Shown here piece by piece: positions 19,877 to 20,000 of a stretch of DNA of 20,000 nt. The stretch is from Saprolegnia diclina VS20. Lineage: Eukaryota. The notes under the pieces are model-generated. The model worked only from the letters and a program-made list of their open reading frames with translations. It was not told the origin of the DNA and ran no database searches. Every line of letters begins with the position of its first letter. Within the stretch, counting starts at the first letter, position 1. Made by a program: the position numbers and the translations under genes. The stretch covers positions 741,021 to 761,020 of the forward strand of contig NW_008246071.1 in assembly GCF_000281045.1 (NCBI RefSeq), read 5' to 3'.

Positions 19877-20000
19877 ATGAAGATAACGCGAAACACGTTC
19901 ATATAGTGAGCGCAATGCGCTTGAGATTCTCCGCAAGTCATTATCCCGTACTAGTAGTCATTGGTCTGTCGACCCGACGAATTTCTATGCAACCGATCAC

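Overview
Gene-dense eukaryotic DNA, GC-rich in coding regions, with very short (~42-58 nt) GT-AG introns, Inr/FPR-like core promoters and CCAAT boxes. This pattern fits an oomycete, most likely Saprolegniales (inference). I can support 11 protein-coding genes: a 5'-truncated zinc-ribbon protein (+), UDP-glucose pyrophosphorylase (-), PDE12/CCR4-family nuclease (-), Trm10 tRNA methyltransferase with an N-terminal hydrophobic helix (-), TMEM185-like membrane protein (+), an uncharacterised two-domain protein (+), THOC1 (-), SPC25 (+), RBM48 (-), SIP5/DA2/GW2-type RING protein (-) and a divergent NMNAT-like protein (-). The window ends with a 100-N gap flanked by a 165-bp near-identical duplication, and a probable secreted-protein gene runs into the gap. 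I saw no rRNA, tRNA, CRISPR array or intact transposon. The best novelty candidates are the DUF1330-like plus 'RNNKKGG..N.RCFP.C' domain fusion, the membrane-anchored Trm10, the divergent NMNAT and the gene hidden in the gap. All exon structures and family assignments were made by eye.
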